43,266 bases of DNA, taken from the sequence record MW364973.1. One strand, written 5' to 3'. Shown piece after piece: positions 20,567 through 28,754 of this stretch. The notes under the pieces were generated by a model. That model searched no databases. It worked only from the letters and a program-made list of their open reading frames with translations, and was not told the DNA's origin. The translations under genes and the position numbers were made by a program. The DNA comes from Staphylococcus phage vB_SepS_456. How positions within the stretch are numbered: position 1 is the first letter of the stretch; every line of letters starts with the position of its first letter.

Positions 20567-20595
20567 AAAGCCGGCTTTTTAGTCGGCTTTTTATT
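20567..20595 (+). terminator. Terminator-like hairpin (aaagccg/cggcttt) with T-run
   Basis: 20567-20573 pairs with 20584-20590; ttttatt follows. Confidence 0.5.
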
Positions 20596-20617
20596 ATGCC
20601 GGAAATGAGGTGGATAT

Positions 20618-22528
20618 ATGGGATTACCTAGTCCTAAAAGAAGAAAACCTACTGCTTCGGAAGTTGCAGCATGGGCAAAAAGGATGATTGGCAGAAGAGT
20701 TGATGTAGACGGTTATTATGGCGCCCAGTGTTGGGATTTACCAAACTACATTTTCAATAGATATTGGCATTTTAAAACAACAGGAAATGCGATTGCTATG
20801 GCATGGTATAGATATCCTAAAGGCTTCAAATTCTATAGGAACACTAGAAACTTTGTTCCGAAACCTGGTGACATGGCAGTTTGGGGAAAGGGCTCCTTTA
20901 ATAACGGTGTTGGGCATACTGCTGTTGTCATAGGTCCATCTACCAAAAGTTACTTTACTAGTGTGGATCAAAATTGGATTGGTGCAAATAGTTATACAGG
21001 CTCACCTGGTGCGAAAATTAAACATAGTTATAACGGTATAAGTGGGTTCGTCAGACCTCCCTACCACGCAGAAACTAAGAAACCATCGAAACCAAGTAGT
21101 ACACCGTCCAAACCTTCTAATGACAACACTCCTAAAAACACAAAAGAACAAACAAAACCTATAACTAAAGAGATTACCAAAGTTTCCTATACATCATTCG
21201 CATACGATTTAGACGATGATTTGGAATATATTTATCATTACATGGTTGAAGGGCAAAAGTTGATAGGGAAGGTAAAAGGTATATATATCAAAGAGAGTAC
21301 ACATATGCGTTCTGTTGAAGAATTGTATTTACAACGTAATAAATATGTGAATGAAGATGAATACCCTCATGTATATATTGACCGTGAGCGTGTATGGACA
21401 CCTAGACCTGATTCAGAAGAAGCACCAGAACATCCAGGTTGGCTTGTTATGGAAGTTTGCGGAGGACAAACGGATAGCAAACGCCAATTCATGCTCAATC
21501 AAATCAGAGCGTTAATCTACGGCGTTTGGTTGTTAAGTTGGAGTAAGGTGAAACTTTCTGAATCGTCAATCAAAGCAGATCCTAACATATGGCGTTCTAT
21601 GAAAGACTTAATCAATTACGACTTAATCAAAAACGGTATTCCTGATGAAAGTAAATATAAAGAAGTAGAAAAGAAAATAATAGGTTTATATTTAAAAAGA
21701 GATAAATTACTCACAGAAACGATTACCACAACAACTACAAAGACAACCATAAAGATTAAACCTAAAACTTCGGTCGATAACCCTGAACAGAACGACAAAC
21801 CGACAGACAAAAAAAGCAAAACAACAAACAGAACTTCGAATAAACCTCGTGTAGTTGTAGAGAAAAGTAAATATACTTTCCAACAAGCACTGAACGCGCA
21901 AATGGCACATGGTATGCCTCAAAAATCTTACAGTTGGGGTTGGGGCAATGCTTCTAGGTCACAAACAAGTAAGTATATGAACCCTAACACTATATGGAAT
22001 AGTTCAGTACAAAGGTATCAAATGTTGGATTTAGGTAAGTATCAAGGTATACCAGTAAGTAAGTTGAATAAGATACTTAAAGGTAAAGGTACTTTATCCG
22101 GTCAAGGTAAAGCTTTCGCAGACGGTTGTAAGAAATACAACGTAAATGAAATATACTTAATTGCTCACGCATTCTTAGAAAGTGGATATGGCCGTAGTAA
22201 CTTTGCCAGTGGACGTTATGGTATTTACAATTACTTTGGTATTGCAGCATATGACAATAACCCTAATGCTTCCATAGCTTACGCTAGAAGACAAGGTTGG
22301 ACGAGTCCACGTAATGGTATTATAGGTGGGGCTAAGTTCGTTAGAAAACAATTCTTTAATCAAGGTAAGAACACTTTGTACCGAATGCGTTGGAACCCTA
22401 AAAACCCCGGTCGTATGCAATATGCTACTGCGATTGAGTGGTGTAATTTCCAAGCAACAACAATAAACAGTTTATACAAAAAAGTAGGATTAAAAGGTAT
22501 GTATTATATCAGAGATAAATATAGATAA
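20618..22528 (+). CDS. Virion-associated peptidoglycan hydrolase: N-terminal CHAP, C-terminal glucosaminidase (GH73)
   Basis: 636 aa; N-terminal ..DGYYGAQCWD..GHTAVV.. (CHAP Cys/His); S/T/P/K linker; C-terminal ..YLIAHAFLESGYG.. glucosaminidase block; in tail module, not adjacent to holin. Confidence 0.8.
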   Translation: MGLPSPKRRKPTASEVAAWAKRMIGRRVDVDGYYGAQCWDLPNYIFNRYWHFKTTGNAIAMAWYRYPKGFKFYRNTRNFVPKPGDMAVWGKGSFNNGVGHTAVVIGPSTKSYFTSVDQNWIGANSYTGSPGAKIKHSYNGISGFVRPPYHAETKKPSKPSSTPSKPSNDNTPKNTKEQTKPITKEITKVSYTSFAYDLDDDLEYIYHYMVEGQKLIGKVKGIYIKESTHMRSVEELYLQRNKYVNEDEYPHVYIDRERVWTPRPDSEEAPEHPGWLVMEVCGGQTDSKRQFMLNQIRALIYGVWLLSWSKVKLSESSIKADPNIWRSMKDLINYDLIKNGIPDESKYKEVEKKIIGLYLKRDKLLTETITTTTTKTTIKIKPKTSVDNPEQNDKPTDKKSKTTNRTSNKPRVVVEKSKYTFQQALNAQMAHGMPQKSYSWGWGNASRSQTSKYMNPNTIWNSSVQRYQMLDLGKYQGIPVSKLNKILKGKGTLSGQGKAFADGCKKYNVNEIYLIAHAFLESGYGRSNFASGRYGIYNYFGIAAYDNNPNASIAYARRQGWTSPRNGIIGGAKFVRKQFFNQGKNTLYRMRWNPKNPGRMQYATAIEWCNFQATTINSLYKKVGLKGMYYIRDKYR

Positions 22529-22574
22529 AAGGCTACTCACTGACGGTGGGTAGCCTTTAATAATTGAAAGAGGT

Positions 22575-23564
22575 GTGTATATGTTACAAAAACTTACAGA
22601 TGTTGCTACTAATATAAATGTTAGTACAGCTGAGAACGGTTTTATTGGCGCTAATTTTTATACAGAAGATGACGGATCAGCTTATATAAGAATCACTATC
22701 AGAGATAACAACGAAGTGTTAGATTTTAACAAAACTGATATGACTCCTCGTTTAGATTTGTTTAGTTCAGACGGTTCTATATTCACTAATGAACCGTTAG
22801 AGATCATTTTACCTGAATACGGCGTCATTCAATATAAGGTGTCTGACAATGTCATTAAACACGCAGGGAAAGTAGACGCGAAATTATTCTTAGCTAATGA
22901 AAAGGATAGTGTTCACGTCGCTAACTTTTATTTCACTATCACAGATAGTGGAATGACTGGACCGATTGGAAAAGAAATACATGTAGATTCATTACAAGAT
23001 TTAGTTAGAAACGTTATGAAAGAGAATGCTATAGGATTATTAGATGATGATTTCAAAGATAAGTTAGAGAACGATTTGAAAGTATATATGGAAGAAAATG
23101 CTGATACATTCAAAGGAGAACAGGGTATACAAGGTGTTCCTGGAAAAGACGGTAAACCATTCACGTATAACGATTTCACACAAGAACAATTAGACCAGTT
23201 AAAGGCTAAAGGTACTGACACAGGCTGGCAAACACTTCCTCTTGTGAACGGAATTACACAAGCTGGGACACTTAACAAGCCAATGTATAAATTAATCTCT
23301 ATTAATGATACAGAAATGCTATTTATAAAAGGTGCAGTAAGTTCCATTAACAGTAAAGAAATGATTTTTGCGAAACTCCCGAAAAACATCTCGGATAAGG
23401 TGAAAGATTATAAACAATATACAAAAGCGGGCGTTAATTTATCTCAATTAATCATCTACAACGTGACTATAACTCAAAGTGGAGATTTAGAAATAACATT
23501 TGACCCTAAAAGTGAAGCAATGCCTTATGGCGCTTATTACATCGAAGGAATAGTCGTTTTATAG
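22575..23564 (+). CDS. Tail fibre protein with collagen-like Gly-X-Y repeat
   Basis: 329 aa; GEQGIQGVPGKDGKP triplet repeats; followed by second XkdW/XkdX-like pair. Confidence 0.55.
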   Translation: MYMLQKLTDVATNINVSTAENGFIGANFYTEDDGSAYIRITIRDNNEVLDFNKTDMTPRLDLFSSDGSIFTNEPLEIILPEYGVIQYKVSDNVIKHAGKVDAKLFLANEKDSVHVANFYFTITDSGMTGPIGKEIHVDSLQDLVRNVMKENAIGLLDDDFKDKLENDLKVYMEENADTFKGEQGIQGVPGKDGKPFTYNDFTQEQLDQLKAKGTDTGWQTLPLVNGITQAGTLNKPMYKLISINDTEMLFIKGAVSSINSKEMIFAKLPKNISDKVKDYKQYTKAGVNLSQLIIYNVTITQSGDLEITFDPKSEAMPYGAYYIEGIVVL

Positions 23565-23575
23565 GAGGCGGGAAT

Positions 23576-23929
23576 ATGAAGACAAAGCAAATTTATTTTT
23601 ATGATGGCACACCATATTTAGTTATTGAAAATCACAATGGAGAAATGGAATATCCTAAAGGACAATGGACTGATATAGAACCTCCAGAAGGAATATATAC
23701 TCCTTGTCATTTTGATGGTAAACAATGGATTGGCAATACTAAAGAAAATTGGGAAGACTCACAACCGAAAAGCGAAAATGAAGATACGACAAATAAAAAC
23801 AATGAAAAAGAAGATATTATAGCTGACCTATCTTTAGAGTTGTTAAAAACTCAAGAAGAATTAATGGATGTTAGAAAAGATATATCAGATTTAACTATTC
23901 AAATTTTAGGAGGCACAACAAATGCATGA
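23576..23929 (+). CDS. XkdW-like small tail protein (copy 2)
   Basis: 117 aa; PPEGIYTPCHFDGKQWIGN motif shared with 19642-20001. Confidence 0.5.
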   Translation: MKTKQIYFYDGTPYLVIENHNGEMEYPKGQWTDIEPPEGIYTPCHFDGKQWIGNTKENWEDSQPKSENEDTTNKNNEKEDIIADLSLELLKTQEELMDVRKDISDLTIQILGGTTNA

Positions 23930-24068
23930 TATCGGAGTTAAATATTATAAAATGGGTTACTACACTAACGAACAATTTGCTTTATTTGTAAAAAGAGGGT
24001 TTGTAACACCGGAAGAATATTTAGAGTTAACAGGTATTGAATATGATCCAGAAAAAGTGAATGTATAG
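23922..24068 (+). CDS. XkdX-like mini protein (copy 2)
   Basis: 48 aa ORF not in track (MHDIGVKYYKMGYYTNEQFALFVKRGFVTPEEYLELTGIEYDPEKVNV); ATGCATGA overlap with upstream stop; RBS aggagg. Confidence 0.5.
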   Translation: MHDIGVKYYKMGYYTNEQFALFVKRGFVTPEEYLELTGIEYDPEKVNV

Positions 24069-24122
24069 AATAATTGACAGCCGACGTTTTGCGTTGGCTT
24101 TTTAATTTATCTAAAAGGAGAT

Positions 24123-24395
24123 ATGAGTATGAAAACAGATGTAGGTTCAATTGTAAGAACAATCGTATTTATTTTAGCTTGGGTTAACCAATTTTTAGCT
24201 ACGAAACATATTTCACCTATTCCGGTAGACGAAGTGACTATCAGTTCTATTATTACTGGTGCAATTTCTTTGTGGACTTGGTGGAAAAACAATAATTTCT
24301 CTCACGCAGCACAAAAAGGACAACAAAAATTGCATGAAGTTAAAGCAGGTACAGAAAACACAAATGGTAAAGCACCAATTGGAGGTAATGATTAA
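24123..24395 (+). CDS. Holin
   Basis: 90 aa, two hydrophobic helices plus charged C-terminus, immediately upstream of and overlapping (ATGA) the endolysin; RBS aaaggag. Confidence 0.8.
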   Translation: MSMKTDVGSIVRTIVFILAWVNQFLATKHISPIPVDEVTISSIITGAISLWTWWKNNNFSHAAQKGQQKLHEVKAGTENTNGKAPIGGND

Positions 24396-25777
24396 TGACA
24401 AATAAAACTAGAAGTCAAGCGCATGCTTATTTAGACAGGTTAAAAGGTTATTGGTGGGATTTCGACGGTGTTTATGGCGCACAATGTTTTGATTTAGCCA
24501 ATCAATATTGGTACTACGTAACAGGTCATACTTTAAGTGGTATGTACGCTAAAGATATACCTTTTGTTAATGATTTTAACGGATACGCGAATGTTGTAAA
24601 AAATTATAACTCTTATATTCCTAAAAAAGGTACTTTAGTTGTTTTTCCTTACGAATATGGTAACGGATGTGGTCATGTTGCTATTATAGAAAGTGCTACT
24701 CAAAATTATTTCTATAGTTTGGATCAAAATTGGTATGGCGGGGCAAGAAATAATCCGCCAGAGGTTGCTCAAACAATATACCACGAATATCACCCTGATA
24801 TGTATTTTGTAGAACCTCTGTATTCTAAAGAAACAAAAGTAAGTAAAATTAAAGCAAAAACAACTAAACCTAAACCTGTAAAAAAAGTTAAAAAAAGAAA
24901 AGTGATGATCGTTGCTGGTCATGGGTATAATGATCCTGGTGCTATTGGTAATGGTTATAACGAACGTGATTTTATAAGAAAAAACATTGTTGATAATGTA
25001 TCAAAATATTTGAAAGATGCAGGACATACTGTTGGTATATATGGAAAAAAGCAAGATATGTATCAGGATACAGCCTATGGAGTAAGAGTCGGTAATCACA
25101 GAGATTATGGCTTATATTGGGTAAAATCTCAAGGATATGATACTGTTATTGAATTTCATTTAGATAGTGCAGGTCCTAAAGCTACAGGTGGACATACAAT
25201 CATTCCAGCCGGTTATCCTGCTAATATAACGGATAAAAACATCCAAGCAGCACTAAAACAAAGTGTTGGTACTATAAGAGGGATAACTCAACGTAACGAC
25301 TTATTAAACTGTAATGTTGCTAATGATATTGGTATAGACTATAGACTTGTTGAATTGGGGTTCATTACTTCATATAAAGATATGAAGTATATTAATGAAA
25401 ATATAAAACCTTTCACAAAGTCAATAGCAAGCGCTATTAACGGCAAGCCAATTGGAGGTACAAGTGCAGGTAAAGTTAAAAGTGTAAAAAAAACATGGGA
25501 TTGGAAAGGTAGATTTTATCCGAACACAACAATTAAAGTTAGAAAAAAACCCAACGGCGAAATTGTAGAAAAAGGTTCTTGGTTGTACGGAAAAGACGAT
25601 TGGGTAGATATTGTTCAATTATACAAAGACACTAAGAAAAAATTATGGTGGGGTAAATTCAAATATCCAACCAATCCTAGTTCTGGTTATTTTTATTGTG
25701 CTTTAGGTGAAATCACCGACAAACAAGAACGAATAAAAAAAGAAAAGAAATTATATGGAAAGATAAAGTGGCAGTGA
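24395..25777 (+). CDS. Endolysin: CHAP + Amidase_3 (MurNAc-L-Ala amidase) + SH3b
   Basis: 460 aa; N-terminal ..FDGVYGAQCFD..GHVAII.. (CHAP); middle MIVAGHGYNDPGA (Amidase_3 signature); C-terminal SH3b-like W/G/Y-rich region; follows holin. Confidence 0.85.
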   Translation: MTNKTRSQAHAYLDRLKGYWWDFDGVYGAQCFDLANQYWYYVTGHTLSGMYAKDIPFVNDFNGYANVVKNYNSYIPKKGTLVVFPYEYGNGCGHVAIIESATQNYFYSLDQNWYGGARNNPPEVAQTIYHEYHPDMYFVEPLYSKETKVSKIKAKTTKPKPVKKVKKRKVMIVAGHGYNDPGAIGNGYNERDFIRKNIVDNVSKYLKDAGHTVGIYGKKQDMYQDTAYGVRVGNHRDYGLYWVKSQGYDTVIEFHLDSAGPKATGGHTIIPAGYPANITDKNIQAALKQSVGTIRGITQRNDLLNCNVANDIGIDYRLVELGFITSYKDMKYINENIKPFTKSIASAINGKPIGGTSAGKVKSVKKTWDWKGRFYPNTTIKVRKKPNGEIVEKGSWLYGKDDWVDIVQLYKDTKKKLWWGKFKYPTNPSSGYFYCALGEITDKQERIKKEKKLYGKIKWQ

Positions 25778-25785
25778 CTGTATTA

Positions 25786-25807
25786 AGCGGGGGAACCCGC
25801 TTTTTTA
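25786..25807 (+). terminator. Rho-independent terminator ending the late/lysis operon
   Basis: agcggg ggaa cccgct + ttttttt. Confidence 0.8.
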
Positions 25808-25815
25808 CATAAAAA

Positions 25816-25832
25816 GTGGTATACTTACCACA
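25816..25832 (+). promoter_or_regulatory. Extended -10 promoter TGgTATACT for the moron gene, embedded in inverted repeat GTGGTA-tact-TACCAC (candidate operator)
   Basis: TG at 25817-18, TATACT 25820-25825; 6-bp inverted arms 25816-21/25827-32; RBS aaggtga then ATG 25844. Confidence 0.5.
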
Positions 25833-25843
25833 AGGTGATTAAT

Positions 25844-27004
25844 ATGAAAATAATAAATAATAATTTTACATTTCACAAAGGTAAAAATTGGATAAATTTA
25901 AGTGGGCTACCAAGGAAGAAAACAAAAAGAGGCGAACAAATTATTTGGAAAAATTCCATAGGTTATAATGTGAATTATTTTTTTGAAGGTATCAGTGGAG
26001 ATATAAAAATATTAGACTCTTACAGGAAAAATGATGAAAGATATTTAAAAGTGGAAGTAAAAAACGAAACATATGAAATACGTTCATCTAACTTCAAAAA
26101 TTGCGAAATAAAGAAAATTGTGACTGATGGTTATAAACATAATTTAGGATTTATTATAAATGGTTGTAAAGTAATTGGTAAAAGACTTAATCCAAGAAGT
26201 AAAGAAAGAGAATATAAAATGTTGTGTCTAAATACAAACTTGACATTTTATAGAAGAGAATCAAGAATAGATGTCGGTGCGCCAAGTCCATACATTAGCG
26301 GTAAATATGTTTATGAAGGAAATTGGTTATACAACGAAAAAAATGTTTTACCTTTTTTAAAAGATGTTAATGATGCAAAAAAATATACAAAGTTCTCAAG
26401 GAGAGAAATAAATTGCGTTTGCCCTAATTGTAAAACTGAAAAAACAACGCCTGTTAATAACTTGGTCCAACAAGGTTTCTTTTGCCACGTATGTTCTACT
26501 AACATATCATATCCAGAAAAATTAATGATTGCTTTATTAAATGAAAATAGTGTAGTTTTTGAATATCAAAAAATATTCCAAGATCTTAAACCCAAAAGAT
26601 TTGATTTTTACTTACCAGAATATAATTTAGTTATAGAAACCCATGGAAAGCAACATTATAAAGAAAACGAAATTTGGTATAGAAAATCTAAGGAATCTGA
26701 TGTTGTAAAAATGAGTTATTGCAAAAAGAAAAACATAAAATATGTTGAAGTGGATTGCAGTTTATCTGATTACAACTTTATAATGAATAACATTAATAAA
26801 ACTGAATTGAAACATGTACTAAAATTATATGACAAAGAAAATATAATAAAAAGAATAAAAGAATTAGAGCAAATAAAAGATGTGGATGAAATAATTAAAC
26901 TATACAAGAATGGTAGAAACCTTACATATATCAGTCGAAATGTTGGATTAACCAAATGGAAAATAGAGGGGCTATTGAAACGTCTGGGATATATTGCACG
27001 CTAA
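25844..27004 (+). CDS. Accessory (moron) protein: N-terminal beta-rich domain, Zn ribbon (CxCxxC..CxxC), Vsr/DUF559-like endonuclease core (RFDFYLPEYNLVIETHGKQHY), C-terminal HTH
   Basis: 386 aa; visibly more AT-rich than its neighbours; own promoter and flanking terminators; sits in the classic moron slot between endolysin and attP/int; motif match to DUF559 (R.DF......L.IE.DG..H) with D->H substitution is by eye only. Confidence 0.5.
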   Translation: MKIINNNFTFHKGKNWINLSGLPRKKTKRGEQIIWKNSIGYNVNYFFEGISGDIKILDSYRKNDERYLKVEVKNETYEIRSSNFKNCEIKKIVTDGYKHNLGFIINGCKVIGKRLNPRSKEREYKMLCLNTNLTFYRRESRIDVGAPSPYISGKYVYEGNWLYNEKNVLPFLKDVNDAKKYTKFSRREINCVCPNCKTEKTTPVNNLVQQGFFCHVCSTNISYPEKLMIALLNENSVVFEYQKIFQDLKPKRFDFYLPEYNLVIETHGKQHYKENEIWYRKSKESDVVKMSYCKKKNIKYVEVDCSLSDYNFIMNNINKTELKHVLKLYDKENIIKRIKELEQIKDVDEIIKLYKNGRNLTYISRNVGLTKWKIEGLLKRLGYIAR

Positions 27005-27074
27005 TTCATATCGGGTTATAAGTATATTAAATACACTGGAAATGATATAATTGAATTACCACGTCATTATACAA

Positions 27075-27095
27075 GGGTAGTCGCTATGGCTACCC
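27075..27095 (+). terminator. Hairpin downstream of moron gene (gggtagtc/gctaccc); weak terminator
   Basis: 8-bp stem including one G-U, 5-nt loop, poor T-run. Confidence 0.3.
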
Positions 27096-27240
27096 TCTTA
27101 TAAATTATAATTATGTCTATAATATGTAGATGTTAGATTGATATTAAAAAACATAGTTTAACACTACATTGGTTACACGGTCTGTGCTACAATTAAATTA
27201 CATACAATTTAATCTTTTTTACTCCTTTATAAATTTTGCT

Positions 27241-27270
27241 ACCACGTTCTTTATGAGCGTGGTTATTTTT
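27241..27270 (+). terminator. Rho-independent terminator (accacg/cgtggt, 11-nt loop, tattttt)
   Basis: Perfect 6-bp stem 27241-46/27258-63 plus T-run. Confidence 0.5.
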
Positions 27271-27271
27271 A

Positions 27272-27315
27272 CGGAAGTATACACATTAAATATTAATCGA
27301 GTGTCTATACTTCCG
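27272..27315. other. Candidate attP for the serine integrase: 44-bp imperfect inverted repeat (cggaagtata ... tatacttccg) abutting the int 3' end
   Basis: Perfect 10-bp outer arms with further imperfect symmetry inward around an AT-rich centre; serine-integrase attP sites are typically ~40-50 bp quasi-palindromes next to int. Confidence 0.4.
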
Positions 27316-27323
27316 TACATAAG

Positions 27324-28693
27324 TTAATAAAATTCTATATCATTTATTTTGATAGAATGCCTGTTTTTAAGTTTTACATAATCTATGTCAATAGATTTAA
27401 TAGCCATTTTAATAAAATCTGCTTTATCTTCCAACGAGAATATTTTCCATGATTCCAATAATGCATTTTTAAATTTTTTTATCTTATCTATATCTAGTGA
27501 TTTTCTGGGTACTAATTCTTTTTGCTTTTCATATTCTGCTATTGTTTCGTCTGTTTCTTTAATCAATTCAAATAATTCTTCTTCTTGCATTAACCCTTTA
27601 GCATATAATTTATGATACCTTTTACGTTGTTCCATAATCTTGTCTATATCAATAGTAACGACATCGTCTTTTTGTTTTGTCTTTACTTCATATTTATCTA
27701 AGTCTAGTTTAGATAGGTAATCACGAAACACTCTCAATGCTTCATTCTCTGAAAAACCGAAACTTTGTTTTTTAGTTTTACATGTGTTGCAATAATATGT
27801 TTTATAAGTAACATACCCTTTCTTTCTCTTTCTTGTTGCTGTGTTCATTGTTAATGTGCCACCACATCTCGGACAAATAAATTTACCTCTGAACACTGAT
27901 ACGTGACTGACTATTTTAGTATTGATTCGTTCTTCTAGCCTTTCTTTTATTTGTTGATACATTTCTTCGGTAATAATAGGCTCGTGAGAGTTTTCTATAA
28001 ATACATCTCCCCAAGTATAATGACCTCTTGTTATAGGGTTTCTTAGCGCTCTCGTTATTGTTCTATCTTCCCACCTTTTGCCATTAGGAGGTGGTATATC
28101 TGAATCGTTTAATTTTCTAGCTATAGCTTTTGAACTATTACCTTTCATCACTTCGTCATATGCCCATAAAACTACTTTTTTATAATCATTAGGAATGTAA
28201 GTGTTATCTACACGATCATAATAAAAGGGTGGTGGTGTGAGTATCATACCTTGTTTAATCGCTGCGCGTTTACCCATCATAACACGCTCTCTAATGGTTT
28301 CTCTTTCCCACTCTGCCATAGCACCAACTAACGTAACAAACAGTCTACCCATAGCTGTAGATGTATCATAAACTTCAGTAGCACTTCTGAATGCTACGTT
28401 ATTCTGTTCGAATACCTCTAATAAATCAAGTAGATCACGCACATTACGTGTAAGCCTGTCTAACTTATACACTAAAACTAAATCAAACCGTTTAATATCA
28501 TTCATCATACGTTGTAATTCCGGTCTGTCACGCTTAGCGCCAGAGAAACCAGCGTCGATAAATACGTCTGATACACTCCAGTCGTTTATCTCGCAAAATG
28601 ATTTGAGCTTTCTTTCTTGTTCTTCAATAGAATAACCATGTTCTTTTTGTTCTAATGTACTGACCTGACACGAACGTAAATAGCTACGTTCAT
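27324..28693 (-). pseudogene. int: Large serine recombinase (integrase) disrupted by a 5-bp tandem duplication (+ strand CTGAC CTGAC, 28660-28669) just before the catalytic Ser codon
   Basis: Native ATG 28693 (RBS aaggggtg, 7-nt spacer) gives MNVAIYVRV then shifts to RSVH* (stop 28652-54). The body frame (..QVSTLEQKEHGYSIEEQ.., C-terminal CPRCGG..CNTC zinc ribbon) is otherwise intact. Removing one GTCAG copy restores MNVAIYVRVSTLEQ. Confidence 0.75.
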
Positions 28694-28754
28694 AATTCAT
28701 CACCCCTTAAAAAAGTAAAAAAATAATAAGGGTAGGCAAGCTACCCATGAATTA

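Noticed and set aside
22528-22558. 9-bp perfect hairpin aaaggctac...gtagccttt after the CHAP-glucosaminidase gene as a late-operon terminator
   Set aside because: There is no T-run on the + strand side (it is followed by aataattg). The U-tract is only on the opposite strand, where nothing is transcribed. It may be an RNA-stability hairpin, so it is not called a terminator.
22928-23389. 153-aa - strand ORF inside the collagen-like fibre gene
   Set aside because: It is antisense to a well-supported structural gene and has no RBS or promoter context.
27324-28703. Reading the integrase as an intact 459-aa protein starting MMNYERSYLRSCQVST (GTG 28703 / ATG 28700)
   Set aside because: Those starts sit 0-3 nt from the only Shine-Dalgarno sequence, and the resulting N-terminus lacks the conserved beta1/Arg geometry. 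The other frame gives a perfect MNVAIYVRV N-terminus with proper RBS spacing, which shows a frameshift instead.
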